The notes: generated by a model from the letters alone, not told the origin. 63,826 bases of DNA, filler included, from Octopus bimaculoides (GCF_001194135.2; 5 parts of 5 records of this genome joined end to end with filler, not necessarily neighbours in it); one strand, 5' to 3'; counted from the whole stretch's first letter, positions 25,731 to 39,468 are shown. Program-made: numbers and translations.

Positions 25731-26441
25731 GATGTTCCCTTAACTCAAAGGGCCACAATCTTGACAATCATTGTGTCATAGTTTTCACAAGTATAATCAT
25801 TCAGCGAGATTACAGACAGTTTCTTATATTAACAAGCGCAGCTTTGTTACGAACTATACAACGTAAATTCTGCCTGAGTGTTATATTAAAGACGTACGTG
25901 TCTGGTGAATATTCTCTTAATTTACACGTTAATAATATGATTATAACATTCGCCGAAACCGCTGGAAATGTATTTACATTCAGTTATCAGAAGTGAAATC
26001 ATTGCTCAAAATTGGATTATTTAGATTCTTCTCCAGAAAAGAAGCACTTAATAAAGGGATCAGCGGAATACAACAAGCACTTATCAACAGTCGATATTTC
26101 AGCAAACCAAGTGAATGAAAAATATAGTACAACTCTTTATGAATTTACAATACAGTTACACTTCTTAAAAATAAACTATCTACGTGCATTATAAAAATCA
26201 AATATTTAGTGACGGTGGAATAGACGGGCATCTAATCAAATAACCTCATAAAACAGAAACACAAAATGCATTAGTCTAGATCAAACACTAATGAAGTATT
26301 ATAAAAACATAATTTAAAGTCATTTTATCGAGAATAATCTTAGCATCTATATCTGCGAATTAGCTTCTGAAGATCAATGTGATTTAAAAATTTGAGTGCA
26401 CTGGAGGTGTTAAAATCTGTAACACTCTCCAGAAGTTTATC

Positions 26442-26498
<57 letters not shown>

Positions 26499-26531
26499 CA
26501 TGTCTAGACATGCAACTATATGCATAAGAAT

Positions 26532-26688
26532 CAGGAGCGAACTGAAAGTATTAAGGGCCCTCGGGCATAACTGTTCACCGGGCCCCTTAGCATTGATATC
26601 GAAGAGACTTAGCATACAGAGTGCGGGCCTCTGAGAGCTCCGGGCGCTTGGGCAGTGCCCGATTGACCGACGGCGCAGTCCGCCCCTG
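26532..26688. mobile_element. 157-bp hAT-like MITE
   Basis: TIR caggagcgaactg / cagtccgcccctg; 8-bp flanks ataagaat / acgagaat (6 of 8 match). Confidence 0.65.
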
Positions 26689-27394
26689 ACGAGAATACAT
26701 ACATAAAACAAAGCATACACATCTGCACGTCTACATACATACAAAATACCCCACTGACTTTGTTGGAATTCGAATCAAGAAGTTTTGGATCTAGGTTAGA
26801 AACCGGCCCTTTCTTTATTGGCATGAAATCTTGAACTAAAACTAAGCAAGACATACATATACGCATACATGTACACACACACACACACATACACACACAC
26901 ACACACATACACACACACACACAATTGCAAGCATACAAGAGAAAAACAAGGTAAGAAACAGTAGGAGATACCTGTCCAATACTTTCCCAATACAAAATTA
27001 AAGTAAGATATCTCAGCTTAAAATGCTGACTACGCAAGTTGTTGTCAATTGAATGTGGCCCTTGTACAGTGAGGCACATGGCTGTATTGGGTAGTCTGAC
27101 TATGCTTAATTTTTCACGTCCTTAGTTGTCTGGCTTCAGATCTCACTCCAGGTATAGATACTTTTCGTTTTGTTTTTTTAGTGTGAAATTTAGATGATTA
27201 TTTTAAAACTGATTTAAAAAAATTCCGGCAAAACTTAAAATTACAACTAACATGAAGTTTGCAGTAAATTTTTATTTAATATGTGAAGGTGATAAAATAA
27301 TTAATAAAGAGATTACGACGGATCAACCTTAATCGACTCTAGATTCTGTCCTTCCGAAATACCCGAGTTTAGAGAAAAGATGCGTGTGTATATA

Positions 27395-27494
27395 NNNNNN
27401 NNNNNNNNNNNNNNNNNNNNNNNNNNNNNNNNNNNNNNTTAATTAATTAANNNNNNNNNNNNNNNNNNNNNNNNNNNNNNNNNNNNNNNNNNNN
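27395..27494. other. Artificial scaffold join (44N-TTAATTAATTAA-44N)
   Basis: Exactly 100 bp, with stops in all six frames; the same structure occurs four times. Confidence 0.95.
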
Positions 27495-27533
<39 letters not shown>

Positions 27534-30524
27534 GCAAATAGCCGATGAATATGCCTCGAAGCTTCAGCTCCGGCATTTGAAACTCTGAGTTCTATTACGA
27601 CAACTTACTGATTGTCCTATACTATATATATATATGTAATGATACTTTGATACTTTTCATATTGGGGCAGCAGCTATATGATAATTGAACTGGATTGAGA
27701 CAATGTGAAATGAAGTGCTCTGCTCAACAGCACAACGCACTGCTTTGTTCGGGAATCGAAACCATGATCTTGTGAGAGCAACACTCAAACCACTAAGCCA
27801 TGTATCTTCACTTCATTACCATAACAAGCGTACAAAATGTCGAAACATCAACTCGTTATTTGTTGAAAGAAACACGAGGTAAATCTTCTTAGAACATTGG
27901 TTTTATGCGTGAAAAAGAATGATATTAACATTCATTAATATTTCTTGATTCCCAACTATGCAAACACCATCCTACCATTTTGTAGTCTGTTACAATTTCT
28001 GCTCATTAATTCGCCTGCTAATAAATAAACGGAGTGCATGATATTAGCTTCTCACTGCCATAATTCATCTGCAGGATATCATATTTCTATTACCGATTTG
28101 ATGACATGGGATTTCAAGATGAAGGCGTGTTAGAAACTCACCAGCGTAATTCCATTAATAAAGACACATTTAATGACTAATCAATGTCTGATAAAGTATC
28201 TCGTTTCTTGGTGGATTTAATTGGATTTAATTGCATTTAGTGGCCTTGTCATAACTGATGGCCTAAGGAATGTAATATTCTTTTCTACTCTAGGCACAAG
28301 GCCCGAAATTTTGTGGGTGGGGGCCATACGATAAGGAATGTGATATTACCATTCACTTTGTCTCTATCATAATATTCACTTACTACATAATAAATACGGA
28401 GTGAAGGCGCGTGGACTAGTGACTAATGTGTTGCACTCCCGATCACAAGATCGTGGTTTCGATTTCCAGACCGGGCGTGGCTTTGTATTCCTGAGCAACA
28501 TACTTCAGTCGACTCAAGAAACTGCGTAGAAGCCTATCGGAGAAAATGTTCCTACACTACTATGTCGCTCACTTTAATGCCATCACTTGCCACTAAGGGA
28601 GACTTTAGCAAAGTCCATTATATTGCAAAGATTCGGGGGCAGGTCGTCGTCTGAGAGTATCTTCTTCCCTTCAACGCACCCTAAGAGTTCTAACGATAAT
28701 ACGATTCTTCCTTCTTATAAAAACTAGTATAATTAATTTCTAGATTTATTAGAACGCAATTTGCTAAGTAGGAAATGCACCAGACATTTAAACGGATAAT
28801 GTTATGCATCTCGATTAGTAAAAATGAGTTTAGACGGAATCCATAATTTTCTGAAGAGCAGTAAAATAATAAAATCATTCCCAATAATGACTGAGATAAC
28901 AAAATATTTTAATTCATTACGAAATTTAATTTAAAAAACAAACATGAAATATAACTCATGAAGAAGAGATAAAACGGGACTGAATATTTAATGACTGAGA
29001 TTACTTGAAGTACGAAAAGACTAGATACAGACAAGGGGAATAGAAATGAATGATAGAACAGTGAGGTGATTGATGGAGGTGGGGTTGACAGAACCGGTTG
29101 GAAAAGCGTAAAACACGTCTTGTAGTATATAGTTACGATGCTTTATGTTCATTGGCTCAATTTCTGCTGTGGTGAGCTTCTGATTTCACTTTGAAAATGT
29201 TTCAAATTTTGGATATAAATAATTTTTACACTATATCTTCTACAACTCTTCAGCTTTCGTTTCATATGAAAACTATTTCGATACATACTATATAATTTTA
29301 GTGTAGTTGGGTCTCAAGGGGGCGGTACAAACCTAGCAATACGTATTTTATAGTGAAAACAAAATTTCCATTCAAATGGCAATTACCAGAAGATTTCTGT
29401 TCGAGTCTGACCGTTTTAAGTCGTAGTGGAAACCCGACCTATGTCGCAAGCCGGTAAACGAGAATTGTATAAATTTTATAATTGAAGAATTTACTTTATT
29501 TTGTACATACGAGTATATCAGCCTGCAATAAAATAGGCTCGCGGGCGCAATTGTGCCCGTGGTGGGATTTCCCCACCTCTGCTGCAAAGGGAAGAAAGAA
29601 CGTTGCTAGAAAATTGTCGAAGGCCATTAAGAAAGCGAGCCATTACATTTCATTTAATAGAGAGGACGAACGATGCAGCAAGAACTAGCATTGGGCATGA
29701 TAGAAGCATATGGCAAAGAGTTGCAACATCCGAGACTCAAAGCTCGCGCTGATGTGCTGGTGATTTGTCGCCTACATCGATAGGTGACGTCGGACAGCTC
29801 TCATGTCACAGTGGAATGGGTGGAAACAACTACAGAGCTGATTCACCGCCTGGAGAGACATCGACTCCTGTGTCGGAGGAGCACAGTGGAAAACCGCAGT
29901 ACACAGGTGCTTACCCTCAATGTTACAATAGACCTAATGCTGCTGTTCTTACCGTCCACTGAAGAGGAATTGCAAATTTCGTACAACCATCGTAAACAAA
30001 AATATTTACTATTTACACAATGAGAAGACGAACCCTTTATTTCTTTAAAGGATCATTATTTCAGCATTATCTCAGCATTAAAAACAGATGTTAATTTCTC
30101 AAATTATGCGTCGATTAAAATTCAAAAGTTTAAAGGAATGAGTAGAATAACGAATGACTGAACGAATAAACAAGTTGATTGATGAATGGATGAATGATTC
30201 AACGAGGAAGGAATTCACGGAAAAATTAAAAAAAAAACTTGTTTCATATAGTCAAATGCACAGAAAGAGCAAATAAATATATAAACAAAGAGAAATTAAA
30301 ACCCAGTTAAGAATCCATTCCACTCAACTTCACTGATAATGAAGAATTTTCAACTAATGACTATTAAGGAAAATACAAAATTATATAATGCGTATATGTG
30401 TGTGTGTGCGTGCGTGTGTGTGTATGCATGTGCGTGTGTGCATGTGTGTGTGTGCATGTGTCTGTATTTGTGCGTGCGTGTGTGTATGTATATATATATA
30501 TGTATGTATATATATATGTATGTT

Positions 30525-30570
<46 letters not shown>

Positions 30571-31254
30571 NNNNNNNNNNNNNNNNNNNNNNNNNNNNNN
30601 NNNNNNNNNNNNNNNNNNNNNNNNNNNNNNNNNNNNNNNNNNNNNNNNNNNNNNNNNNNNNNNNNNNNNNNNNNNNNNNNNNNNNNNNNNNNNNNNNNNN
30701 NNNNNNNNNNNNNNNNNNNNNNNNNNNNNNNNNNNNNNNNNNNNNNNNNNNNNNNNNNNNNNNNNNNNNNNNNNNNNNNNNNNNNNNNNNNNNNNNNNNN
30801 NNNNNNNNNNNNNNNNNNNNNNNNNNNNNNNNNNNNNNNNNNNNNNNNNNNNNNNNNNNNNNNNNNNNNNNNNNNNNNNNNNNNNNNNNNNNNNNNNNNN
30901 NNNNNNNNNNNNNNNNNNNNNNNNNNNNNNNNNNNNNNNNNNNNNNNNNNNNNNNNNNNNNNNNNNNNNNNNNNNNNNNNNNNNNNNNNNNNNNNNNNNN
31001 NNNNNNNNNNNNNNNNNNNNNNNNNNNNNNNNNNNNNNNNNNNNNNNNNNNNNNNNNNNNNNNNNNNNNNNNNNNNNNNNNNNNNNNNNNNNNNNNNNNN
31101 NNNNNNNNNNNNNNNNNNNNNNTATATATATATATATATATACATATGCACATATGATATACATATGAGTGTGTAGGCAAGTAAATAAACACACCGATAG
31201 ATAGACAGGGAAATAGATGGACACATAGACAGATAAGTAGATAGATAGATAGAC

Positions 31255-31320
<66 letters not shown>

Positions 31321-31967
31321 GACAGGCAGGCACTGATATGAGTTTTGTTAATGTCTCTTTTTCTTTTTGTCTGTCTATCTGTTCGTCGCTCTGTCTTTCA
31401 TTCACACACGCAAGCACACACAGATAAACAGTGCCATTACATCAAACATTCACCCCCAATCGATTGAAAAAGAACAGTTATAAATATGAACAAAACGATC
31501 AGAGCAGCCATGTTGCAGAACAATCGCAGTCACAATCTTGCAAACGTCTATTTCTGGCAACTGTGCCCTTTGGAAACGTCAGAGTCGACAATTAGTTATA
31601 TATATATATATATATAATATGGCATGAGTGTGTCCGTTTGTGTGTGTGCATGTGTGTATACGTGTGTGTACATGCTAGATATATATGTTACTACACTATG
31701 GAGAAAATGAGATGCGCGTCATGCCAACACCAGCTGATACAAAATTAAATTTATACGATATATGTCATTAGTCAGTTTTTTTTATATGATTTCTTAATTT
31801 GCTGCCAATAAAGAAAGACCGGTTTCTAACCCAGATCCAAGGCTCCCTCATTGGCATTCGAGTAGTATTTAGAGTCAGGGCGTGTGCGGGGAATTTTTCT
31901 TTTGTTTTATGTATGTATTTGATATGCATATAGTTGCATGTCTGTATGTATGTGGGTATGTATGGAC

Positions 31968-31998
<31 letters not shown>

Positions 31999-32035
31999 TG
32001 TATGTATCTATCTATCTATCTATCTACCTATCTAC

Positions 32036-32072
<37 letters not shown>

Positions 32073-32123
32073 CATCTATCTGTCAACAAGCCATCTATCC
32101 GTTTGCGTATGTCTACATGTATG

Positions 32124-32165
<42 letters not shown>

Positions 32166-32784
32166 CATTATTGATTTCGCTGTCATATACACTTGCATAT
32201 ATACGTNNNNNNNNNNNNNNNNNNNNNNNNNNNNNNNNNNNNNNNNNNNNNNNNNNNNNNNNNNNNNNNNNNNNNNNNNNNNNNNNNNNNNNNNNNNNNN
32301 NNNNNNNNNNNNNNNNNNNNNNNNNNNNNNNNNNNNNNNNNNNNNNNNNNNNNNNNNNNNNNNNNNNNNNNNNNNNNNNNNNNNNNNNNNNNNNNNNNNN
32401 NNNNNNNNNNNNNNNNNNNNNNNNNNNNNNNNNNNNNNNNNNNNNNNNNNNNNNNNNNNNNNNNNNNNNNNNNNNNNNNNNNNNNNNNNNNNNNNNNNNN
32501 NNNNNNNNNNNNNNNNNNNNNNNNNNNNNNNNNNNNNNNNNNNNNNNNNNNNNNCTCCTTTAATGTAATTACGGGCGAAAAGAAATTATCTAATTTTATT
32601 CTATTTATTCTATTTCCACCGTACAATGTCACGTGGATCGAAAGTCAAGTCTACACATCGGATATTATTATATAAGAGTGAACTAAAGTGCGTTCGCCTG
32701 ACCCCTGACCATATGAGGCCTGCTATGAACAGCGAAAATTAACAGCCAAATCTTCTCCATATGTCACCCATTTCTCCGTTTAAA

Positions 32785-32906
32785 TACTCTTTTCTACTCT
32801 AGGCACAAGGCTCGAAATTTCTGGGGAGGGAGCCAGTCGATTAGATCGACCCAAGTGCGCAACTGGTACTTAATTTATCGACCCCGAAAGAATGAAAGGC
32901 AAAGTG
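32785..32906 (-). mobile_element. Family-A SINE 3' half
   Basis: tactctaggcacaagg...gtcgattagatcgacc...ggtacttaatttatcgaccccgaaagaatgaaaggcaaagt. Confidence 0.8.
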
Positions 32907-33152
32907 AAAGAACATGTTTCCAAGGTTAACTCCACCGAAGTGAAATTCGAAATCTCAGTCCAAGAATGGAAACACATGCATAAATATAAGCATAGATATG
33001 TACATAATACATATAGATGCGTGTTTTGGTTGCCTTGTTAATCCACAAATAAAAAATATTCAGCCAACAATGCCGTGTTGAGCATCTATTCTCACTCTTC
33101 GATATTAACGTGTATATATATAACTTATTCTATCGGTCATATATATATATAC

Positions 33153-33316
33153 ATGACAGACTTCTTTCAGTTACCGTCCTACAAATCAACTCACAAGGTT
33201 CTGGTCAGCCACTGGGGCTATAGTAGAAGACACTTGCCCAAGGTGCCATGCAATAGGACTGAACGCCATGCCCATGTAATTGGGGAGTAAACTTATTACC
33301 ACAGAGCCACGACTGC
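33153..33316 (-). mobile_element. Family-B SINE head/body
   Basis: actcacaagg...ctatagtagaagacacttgcccaaggtgcc...cttattaccacagagcc. Confidence 0.8.
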
Positions 33317-33358
33317 AAATATGATATATCTATATAGGTCTCTGTGTGTGTATGTGTA

Positions 33359-33419
<61 letters not shown>

Positions 33420-34724
33420 NNNNNNNNNNNNNNNNNNNNNNNNNNNNNNNNNNNNNNNNNNNNNNNNNNNNNNNNNNNNNNNNNNNNNNNNNNNNNNNNN
33501 NNNNNNNNNNNNNNNNNNNNNNNNNNNNNNNNNNNNNNNNNNNNNNNNNNNNNNNNNNNNNNNNNNNNNNNNNNNNNNNNNNNNNNNNNNNNNNNNNNNN
33601 NNNNNNNNNNNNNNNNNNNNNNNNNNNNNNNNNNNNNNNNNNNNNNNNNNNNNNNNNNNNNNNNNNNNNNNNNNNNNNNNNNNNNNNNNNNNNNNNNNNN
33701 NNNNNNNNNNNNNNNNNNNNNNNNNNNNNNNNNNNNNNNNNNNNNNNNNNNNNNNNNNNNNNNNNNNNNNNNNNNNNNNNNNNNNNNNNNNNNNNNNNNN
33801 NNNNNNNNNNNNNNNNNNNNNNNNNNNNNNNNNNNNNNNNNNNNNNNNNNNNNNNNNNNNNNNNNNNNNNNNNNNNNNNNNNNNNNNNNNNNNNNNNNNN
33901 NNNNNNNNNNNNNNNNNNNNNNNNNNNNNNNNNNNNNNNNNNNNNNNNNNNNNNNNNNNNNNNNNNNNNNNNNNNNNNNNNNNNNNNNNNNNNNNNNNNN
34001 NNNNNNNNNNNNNNNNNNNNNNNNNNNNNNNNNNNNNNNNNNNNNNNNNNNNNNNNNNNNNNNNNNNNNNNNNNNNNNNNNNNNNNNNNNNNNNNNNNNN
34101 NNNNNNNNNNNNNNNNNNNNNNNNNNNNNNNNNNNNNNNNNNNNNNNNATTATATGTCTGGTTATATATATATATATACCTACATACCTAAATTAATACG
34201 TACATATATACGAACTTGTATTTGCATGTATACTTACATACACACTCACAGACACGTAGACACCCACACATCGCGCGCACACGCACACACACACACACAC
34301 ACATACACACACGCCCATATATATATATATAACCAGACATATAATCTATCGGCTATTATTTCCACATGCTTCCCTCCATCGTTATTGGTCGAAAATTCAA
34401 TTTATAAAGTACATTACATCATTCACATATTCTTGCGAACAATACTGAGTTACAATGACCCGTGGGATTGATCTCGTTACATAAGCAATAACAAATAAAT
34501 ATAAAATAACAGAAAAGCATAATAAACAATAAACACAAACAAAATCATTGTATGAAGTATACATATTGGTATGTTTTATTCATTATCAATAAGAATCTAT
34601 TTGATTATATTCTGTTTATTGGTGAGAGAATTTTGTGAATTGAGTTAAATTTTATTATCTTGAAAATAGTTTTCCTGCATGGAATGGTTGCATTTCTGAG
34701 ACTGTGTACGTGTGTGTGTGTGAG

Positions 34725-34761
<37 letters not shown>

Positions 34762-34862
34762 GTACATATGTGTGGAATATGTATGTGTGTGTGAATGCGT
34801 GTGCGTACGTATGTCTTTATATATGTATGAAGATAAACGTACGCAGCTGCATATATATATAT

Positions 34863-34962
34863 NNNNNNNNNNNNNNNNNNNNNNNNNNNNNNNNNNNNNN
34901 NNNNNNTTAATTAATTAANNNNNNNNNNNNNNNNNNNNNNNNNNNNNNNNNNNNNNNNNNNN
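34863..34962. other. Artificial scaffold join (44N-TTAATTAATTAA-44N)
   Basis: Same structure as 27395-27494. Confidence 0.95.
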
Positions 34963-35149
34963 CCCCCAACTCTCTTTCTCTCTCTTTCTTCCACTCTTTT
35001 CATATTCCTAAATGTTGATATTCCAGATTGTGAAGGCTTTGAATTTGTAAACTTGACCTCTTATTTCTACCAAATTTAAACAACCAGAAAATGGACGTTA
35101 AACGATGATGATGAGTCCATACTAGAATTATCATCATCATTTTTATTAC

Positions 35150-35705
35150 CATCATCATTTTTATTACCATCATCATCATCATAATTTAATGTCCATTCTC
35201 CATGCTGGCATGGGTTGGACAGTTTGACTGAAGTTGGCCAGCTGGAGAGCTGTCTGGGCTCCATTTTGTCTGTCTTAGTATGATTTCTATGGTTAGATTC
35301 CCTTTGTAAAGACAACCACTTTACTGAGTATATTGGGTGCTTTTAACAAGGCACCAGCATAGGCACTTTGATGTGGCACTGACTTGAGTACTTTTACGTG
35401 GCACCATCATGCTTTTAAATGGCACTTAAGCAAGTGCTTTTAGATGGCGTCGGCACAAGTGCTTCTAAGTGGCACCAGCATGGGTGCTTTTATGTGACAC
35501 CAGCACCCACAAGCCCACAAAACTAGTGCCTATCAATTGAGAGAGGGGTATAGAGGACGTCCTTGTATATATGGATGGCCATGATTTTACTTAGCTGGAC
35601 ATATCTTCTCAAGCACAGCAAACTGCCAGAAGTCTCAGTCCTTTGTCATCTCCTCTCTGAGGCCCAAAGTCTGAAGGTCCTTTCTCACCACTTCATCCCA
35701 CTCCT
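35150..35705 (-). mobile_element. RTE LINE 3' end (ORF C-terminus + 3' UTR + (GAT)n tail)
   Basis: Minus frame EWDEVVRKDLQTLGLREEMTKD*DFWQFAVLEK at ~35585-35700, followed by a UTR ending catggagaatggacattaaat-(GAT)n. Confidence 0.85.
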
Positions 35706-36016
35706 AGTTAAGTTTGTTAATTTGCATAATTTGAATGACAAATGAGCCTAAAGAAATAATTCAGAATGGCCAGCAGTATGTATTTGAGCAACATAGACAA
35801 ATACAGGTCTATCGTATACCATACAATACAATATAAATTATGGGAGAATAAACAGTTCAGAGTTAGATGTATATTACCTGTGTTCTCAGTACACTTTTGT
35901 ATGATAGTGAATCATGAGCAATATAGTCATCTCAAGAGCATAAACTTCACATGTTTCATAGGAAATAATTGTGCAGAATCCTTAGGATTGAATAGCAGGT
36001 CAGGATCTGCAACACT

Positions 36017-36270
36017 GTTTTACATACCAGGGCAGGTATCCCTTCCATTTCCACCCTACAGCAATGATGATTTTGATGGCTTGAATGCATCTGTCACATA
36101 GATGATGGTAATTTTCTAGAAAACTTGCCAGACTGTGAAGTGGAATCTGGATCGAGAGGCAAAGTATGATCACACATACAAGTCAAGGATATGGGCAAGC
36201 ATGATATGAAAGTAACCAACATCAACCCTGTTATCTGGGAAGCAGTTGCATACAACAAGACTAAGTGAAA
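36017..36270 (+). mobile_element. RTE (BovB-like) LINE C-terminal remnant
   Basis: VLHTRAGIPSISTLQQ**F*WLE...DDG...EVESGSRG...VKDMGKHDMKVTNINPVIWEAVAYNKTK*; the stops fit CGA->TGA decay of RR.RW. Confidence 0.7.
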
Positions 36271-36329
36271 ACACTAAACATTTTGGGGGTTAAGCAAGGG
36301 AACAAAACTTTCATAAGACTTGATAGATA

Positions 36330-36860
36330 TGAAAAGTTGAAATACTTCGTTTTTCTATCTGGTTTGCAAGATTCTTTATGTGAATTTGTGTGTTGAAACA
36401 AATTTTGCTGTGTCTAGTGAGAGTTATTATGCCAATATTATTAATACAAGGAGTGAAATTGAACCAGTGCATGGGGCAATAATATTGGTATGATGACTCT
36501 CTCTGGACAAGACAAAAGCAGAGTTGAAAGATTGTGTGGGCAAGGAACGGAGGTGACATCGGTCATGGGCAGGGGTCCTTCCATTTTTAAGTTGGAAGCA
36601 GGTTTTGCCAGTGTGCCTGTGGTGGGAGTGTGGAATAAAGGAAGAAAGCAGTTTTCATGTGGTGTCGTCTTTTCTCCTGCTTCCTCTTTTCAGTATAACT
36701 TGGTGCTTCTCTCTCCTGTGGTTTTGGAAAGGATGAATTGTTTACCTTCTGTTCAACTAAATTCCTTCTATAACTTAGATGAACAAAAGTAGCAAGAGGA
36801 ATTTGTCTTCTCAGAAAAAAAATCCATATGCAACGTCCACACCAATAAACACCAGTCTTT
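36330..36860 (-). pseudogene. Possible piggyBac-like transposase C-terminal remnant
   Basis: Frameshifted minus-strand pieces RLVFIGVDVAYG / LRRQIPLATFVHLSYRRNLVEQ / CFCLVQRESSYQYYCPMH...PCINN...KICFNTQIH resemble the DV..NA motif and the Cys-rich tail. Confidence 0.4.
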
Positions 36861-37149
36861 ANNNNNNNNNNNNNNNNNNNNNNNNNNNNNNNNNNNNNNN
36901 NNNNNNNNNNNNNNNNNNNNNNNNNNNNNNNNNNNNNNNNNNNNNNNNNNNNNNNNNNNNNNNNNNNNNNNNNNNNNNNNNNNNNNNNNNNNNNNNNNNN
37001 NNNNNNNNNNNNNNNNNNNNNNNNNNNNNNNNNNNNNNNNNNNNNNNNNNNNNNNNNNNNNNNNNNNNNNNNNNNNNNNNNNNNNNNNNNNNNNNNNNNN
37101 NNNNNNNNNNNNNNCTACTACTACCATCACCACCACCACCACCACCACC

Positions 37150-37213
<64 letters not shown>

Positions 37214-37863
37214 TTGCTGCTGCTATTACTACTACTACTGCTGCTACTGCTGCTACTGCTACTACTACTACTACTACTGCTACTGCTGCTACCGCCACCA
37301 CTACCACTACCACTATCACCAATACCACCACTACTGCTGCTGCTGTTACTGCTTCTCTTCTATCACAAATGTTCTCTATCGTCTTCAAGACAAGGACACC
37401 AACACAATATATCTAACTTGATCTTTATTCTTGTATTTCTCTTTTTTTTACTTTTTTGATTGACTTTCATGTTGTTCATTCATTTCTTTTTTTATCCCTC
37501 TTTTCCTTTTCTAAAATGGCAATGTTTTCTCTAGCAATAGTTGCATGCAAGTTTAAATTATGTTCCAGTTTACTTCTAATTGTTCTTTATTACACGATTC
37601 TTGTATTTCTTCTGCATTCTGTAAATATTCATACTTGTTTCCCCATTTCCATTTATTTTTTATTTGTGTGATGCCTGTTTTAGCAAATTTAACTTTGAGG
37701 GTTCTCATGTTTTTAGCCATTTTCATTATCGTAAATTTGATTCGTAATTCAGTTATCATTCAATTACACAGTTTAAAGTGATATCTGTTACAGGGCATGT
37801 TTCTGTTAGTTTCACAGAATTTCTAAACTGGTTTATCAGCATGTATATATNNNNNNNNNNTAT

Positions 37864-38721
37864 ATTACATGGAAAAATGTGAGCAAGAGCAATAATATTC
37901 TTAAGGTTAAAAAACCTGGAAAATTACAGGACAAGTTATTACACTTGGAAAAGTACAGGACAACTTATTACATCTGGTAAAGTACAGAACAAGAAAATTT
38001 TTACTTAAAATACTGCAGCTAAGGATAAAATTTCAAATAAAATATTTAGATTTAGAAAATGTTAGCTTTTATTAAAACTAAAAATTTTATTACAAGTTAT
38101 TACTTGTTACTTCTATTAAAAATTAAAAATAACTCAAAATATTTTTTGCACTTCAAAAAGAATTCATTTTTTTATTATTGATAAATAATTAGAAATTTAA
38201 AAATAGGTTATAAAAAATAATAGTCGTACATAATTAGTTAGTAGAATAAATAGAATAATACAAAAATTAGTTATATATTACAGTAAAATCTACCTATAAC
38301 AACAAATTCACAATAAAATTTGCTTAAGTTATTGCCAAGTCTTCACATTTTTAGCCTTGACTCAATGCCTGATTTTTCATAATGAATTTGCCTACCATAT
38401 ATATTATTCTCCTTTTCATAAAACTTTAGCTATATTGGTACTTCTGGCTCTCAATTTTTAAGTATTCTAATGTATCAATATTTTAACAAAATGATGGTAT
38501 TTTTTAATTATAATGTTACTTTGTAAATTAAAATCATATAATTTTCAATATTCAAATTTTATCCTTAGCTGCAATATTTTAAGTAAAAATTTTCTCGTTC
38601 TGTACTTTACCAGATGTAATAAGTTGTCTGAACTTTTCCAAGTGTAATAACTTGTCCTGTAATTTTCCAGGTTTATAATCTTGAGGATATTATTTCTCTT
38701 GCTCACATTTTTCCATGTAAT
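37864..38721. mobile_element. Foldback/MITE with ~170-bp terminal inverted repeats
   Basis: 37864-38035 is the reverse complement of 38550-38721; the arms contain 29-bp subrepeats acaggacaagttattacacttggaaaagt. Confidence 0.85.
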
Positions 38722-38950
38722 CCATGTTTTTTCCTGACTATGCTATTATGCTAATTAATAATGTGTCAATTAGTGATGTCATTGATAATTTTTTTCCTTA
38801 CCTCAATGACACCAGCAACATATATTAAAAGTCCCCTTATAGAACTATATTCATAAAAAAGTATAGAACTATATTATCAACCTCAAATTTGAGAAACAAA
38901 CACTCATAACTTTTTTCTTTCAAAACTTCATTGCATGAGATTGATACCAT

Positions 38951-39058
38951 GAAATTCCTTGAATTGAGCTCTATCATTTAAGCTTAATTAAAATATAGTT
39001 TGTTGAAATTCCTTGAATTGAGCTCTATCATTTAAGCTTAATTAAAATATAGTTTGTT
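38951..39058. repeat. Perfect 54-bp tandem duplication inside a DNA-transposon-like remnant
   Basis: gaaattccttgaattgagctctatcatttaagcttaattaaaatatagtttgtt twice. Confidence 0.95.
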
Positions 39059-39411
39059 TTTAAAATAAAATAAGTTAATTATACTTAAATCCAATTTTTT
39101 TCCTTATATTTTTTCATGGTATTTTACCTCACAACTTTTTTGATACAAACTTTTGTCGCCTGGGATCAAAACTTTGAAATTCTTCATGCTTTCTTCTATC
39201 TCAATTTTTTTATGCCAAAATGAAGCTAGGAATCAATCCCCTTCAAAAATGTTAACAGTTTTCAAATCAGTTAAGAACTGAATTAGCAACGAGCTCTGAG
39301 ATATGCTGCATGTGAGTAAATTGCAGCCTTAAGAATATTATTCAACTACTACCGTAGTTGAATGATACACACACACACACACACACACATATATATTTAT
39401 ATACACGTGTG

Positions 39412-39468
<57 letters not shown>

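Noticed and set aside
25585-25767. Minus-strand 60-aa ORF and apparent GTAAGT / tttctgTAG splice signals
   Set aside because: The segment aligns by eye to a degenerate family-B SINE.
27439-27450. TTAATTAATTAA as a biological conserved motif
   Set aside because: Always centred in exactly 44+44 Ns, so it is an assembly linker.
36490-36792. 100-aa plus-strand ORF as a gene
   Set aside because: No recognisable domain; better explained as antisense to a decayed transposase-like sequence.
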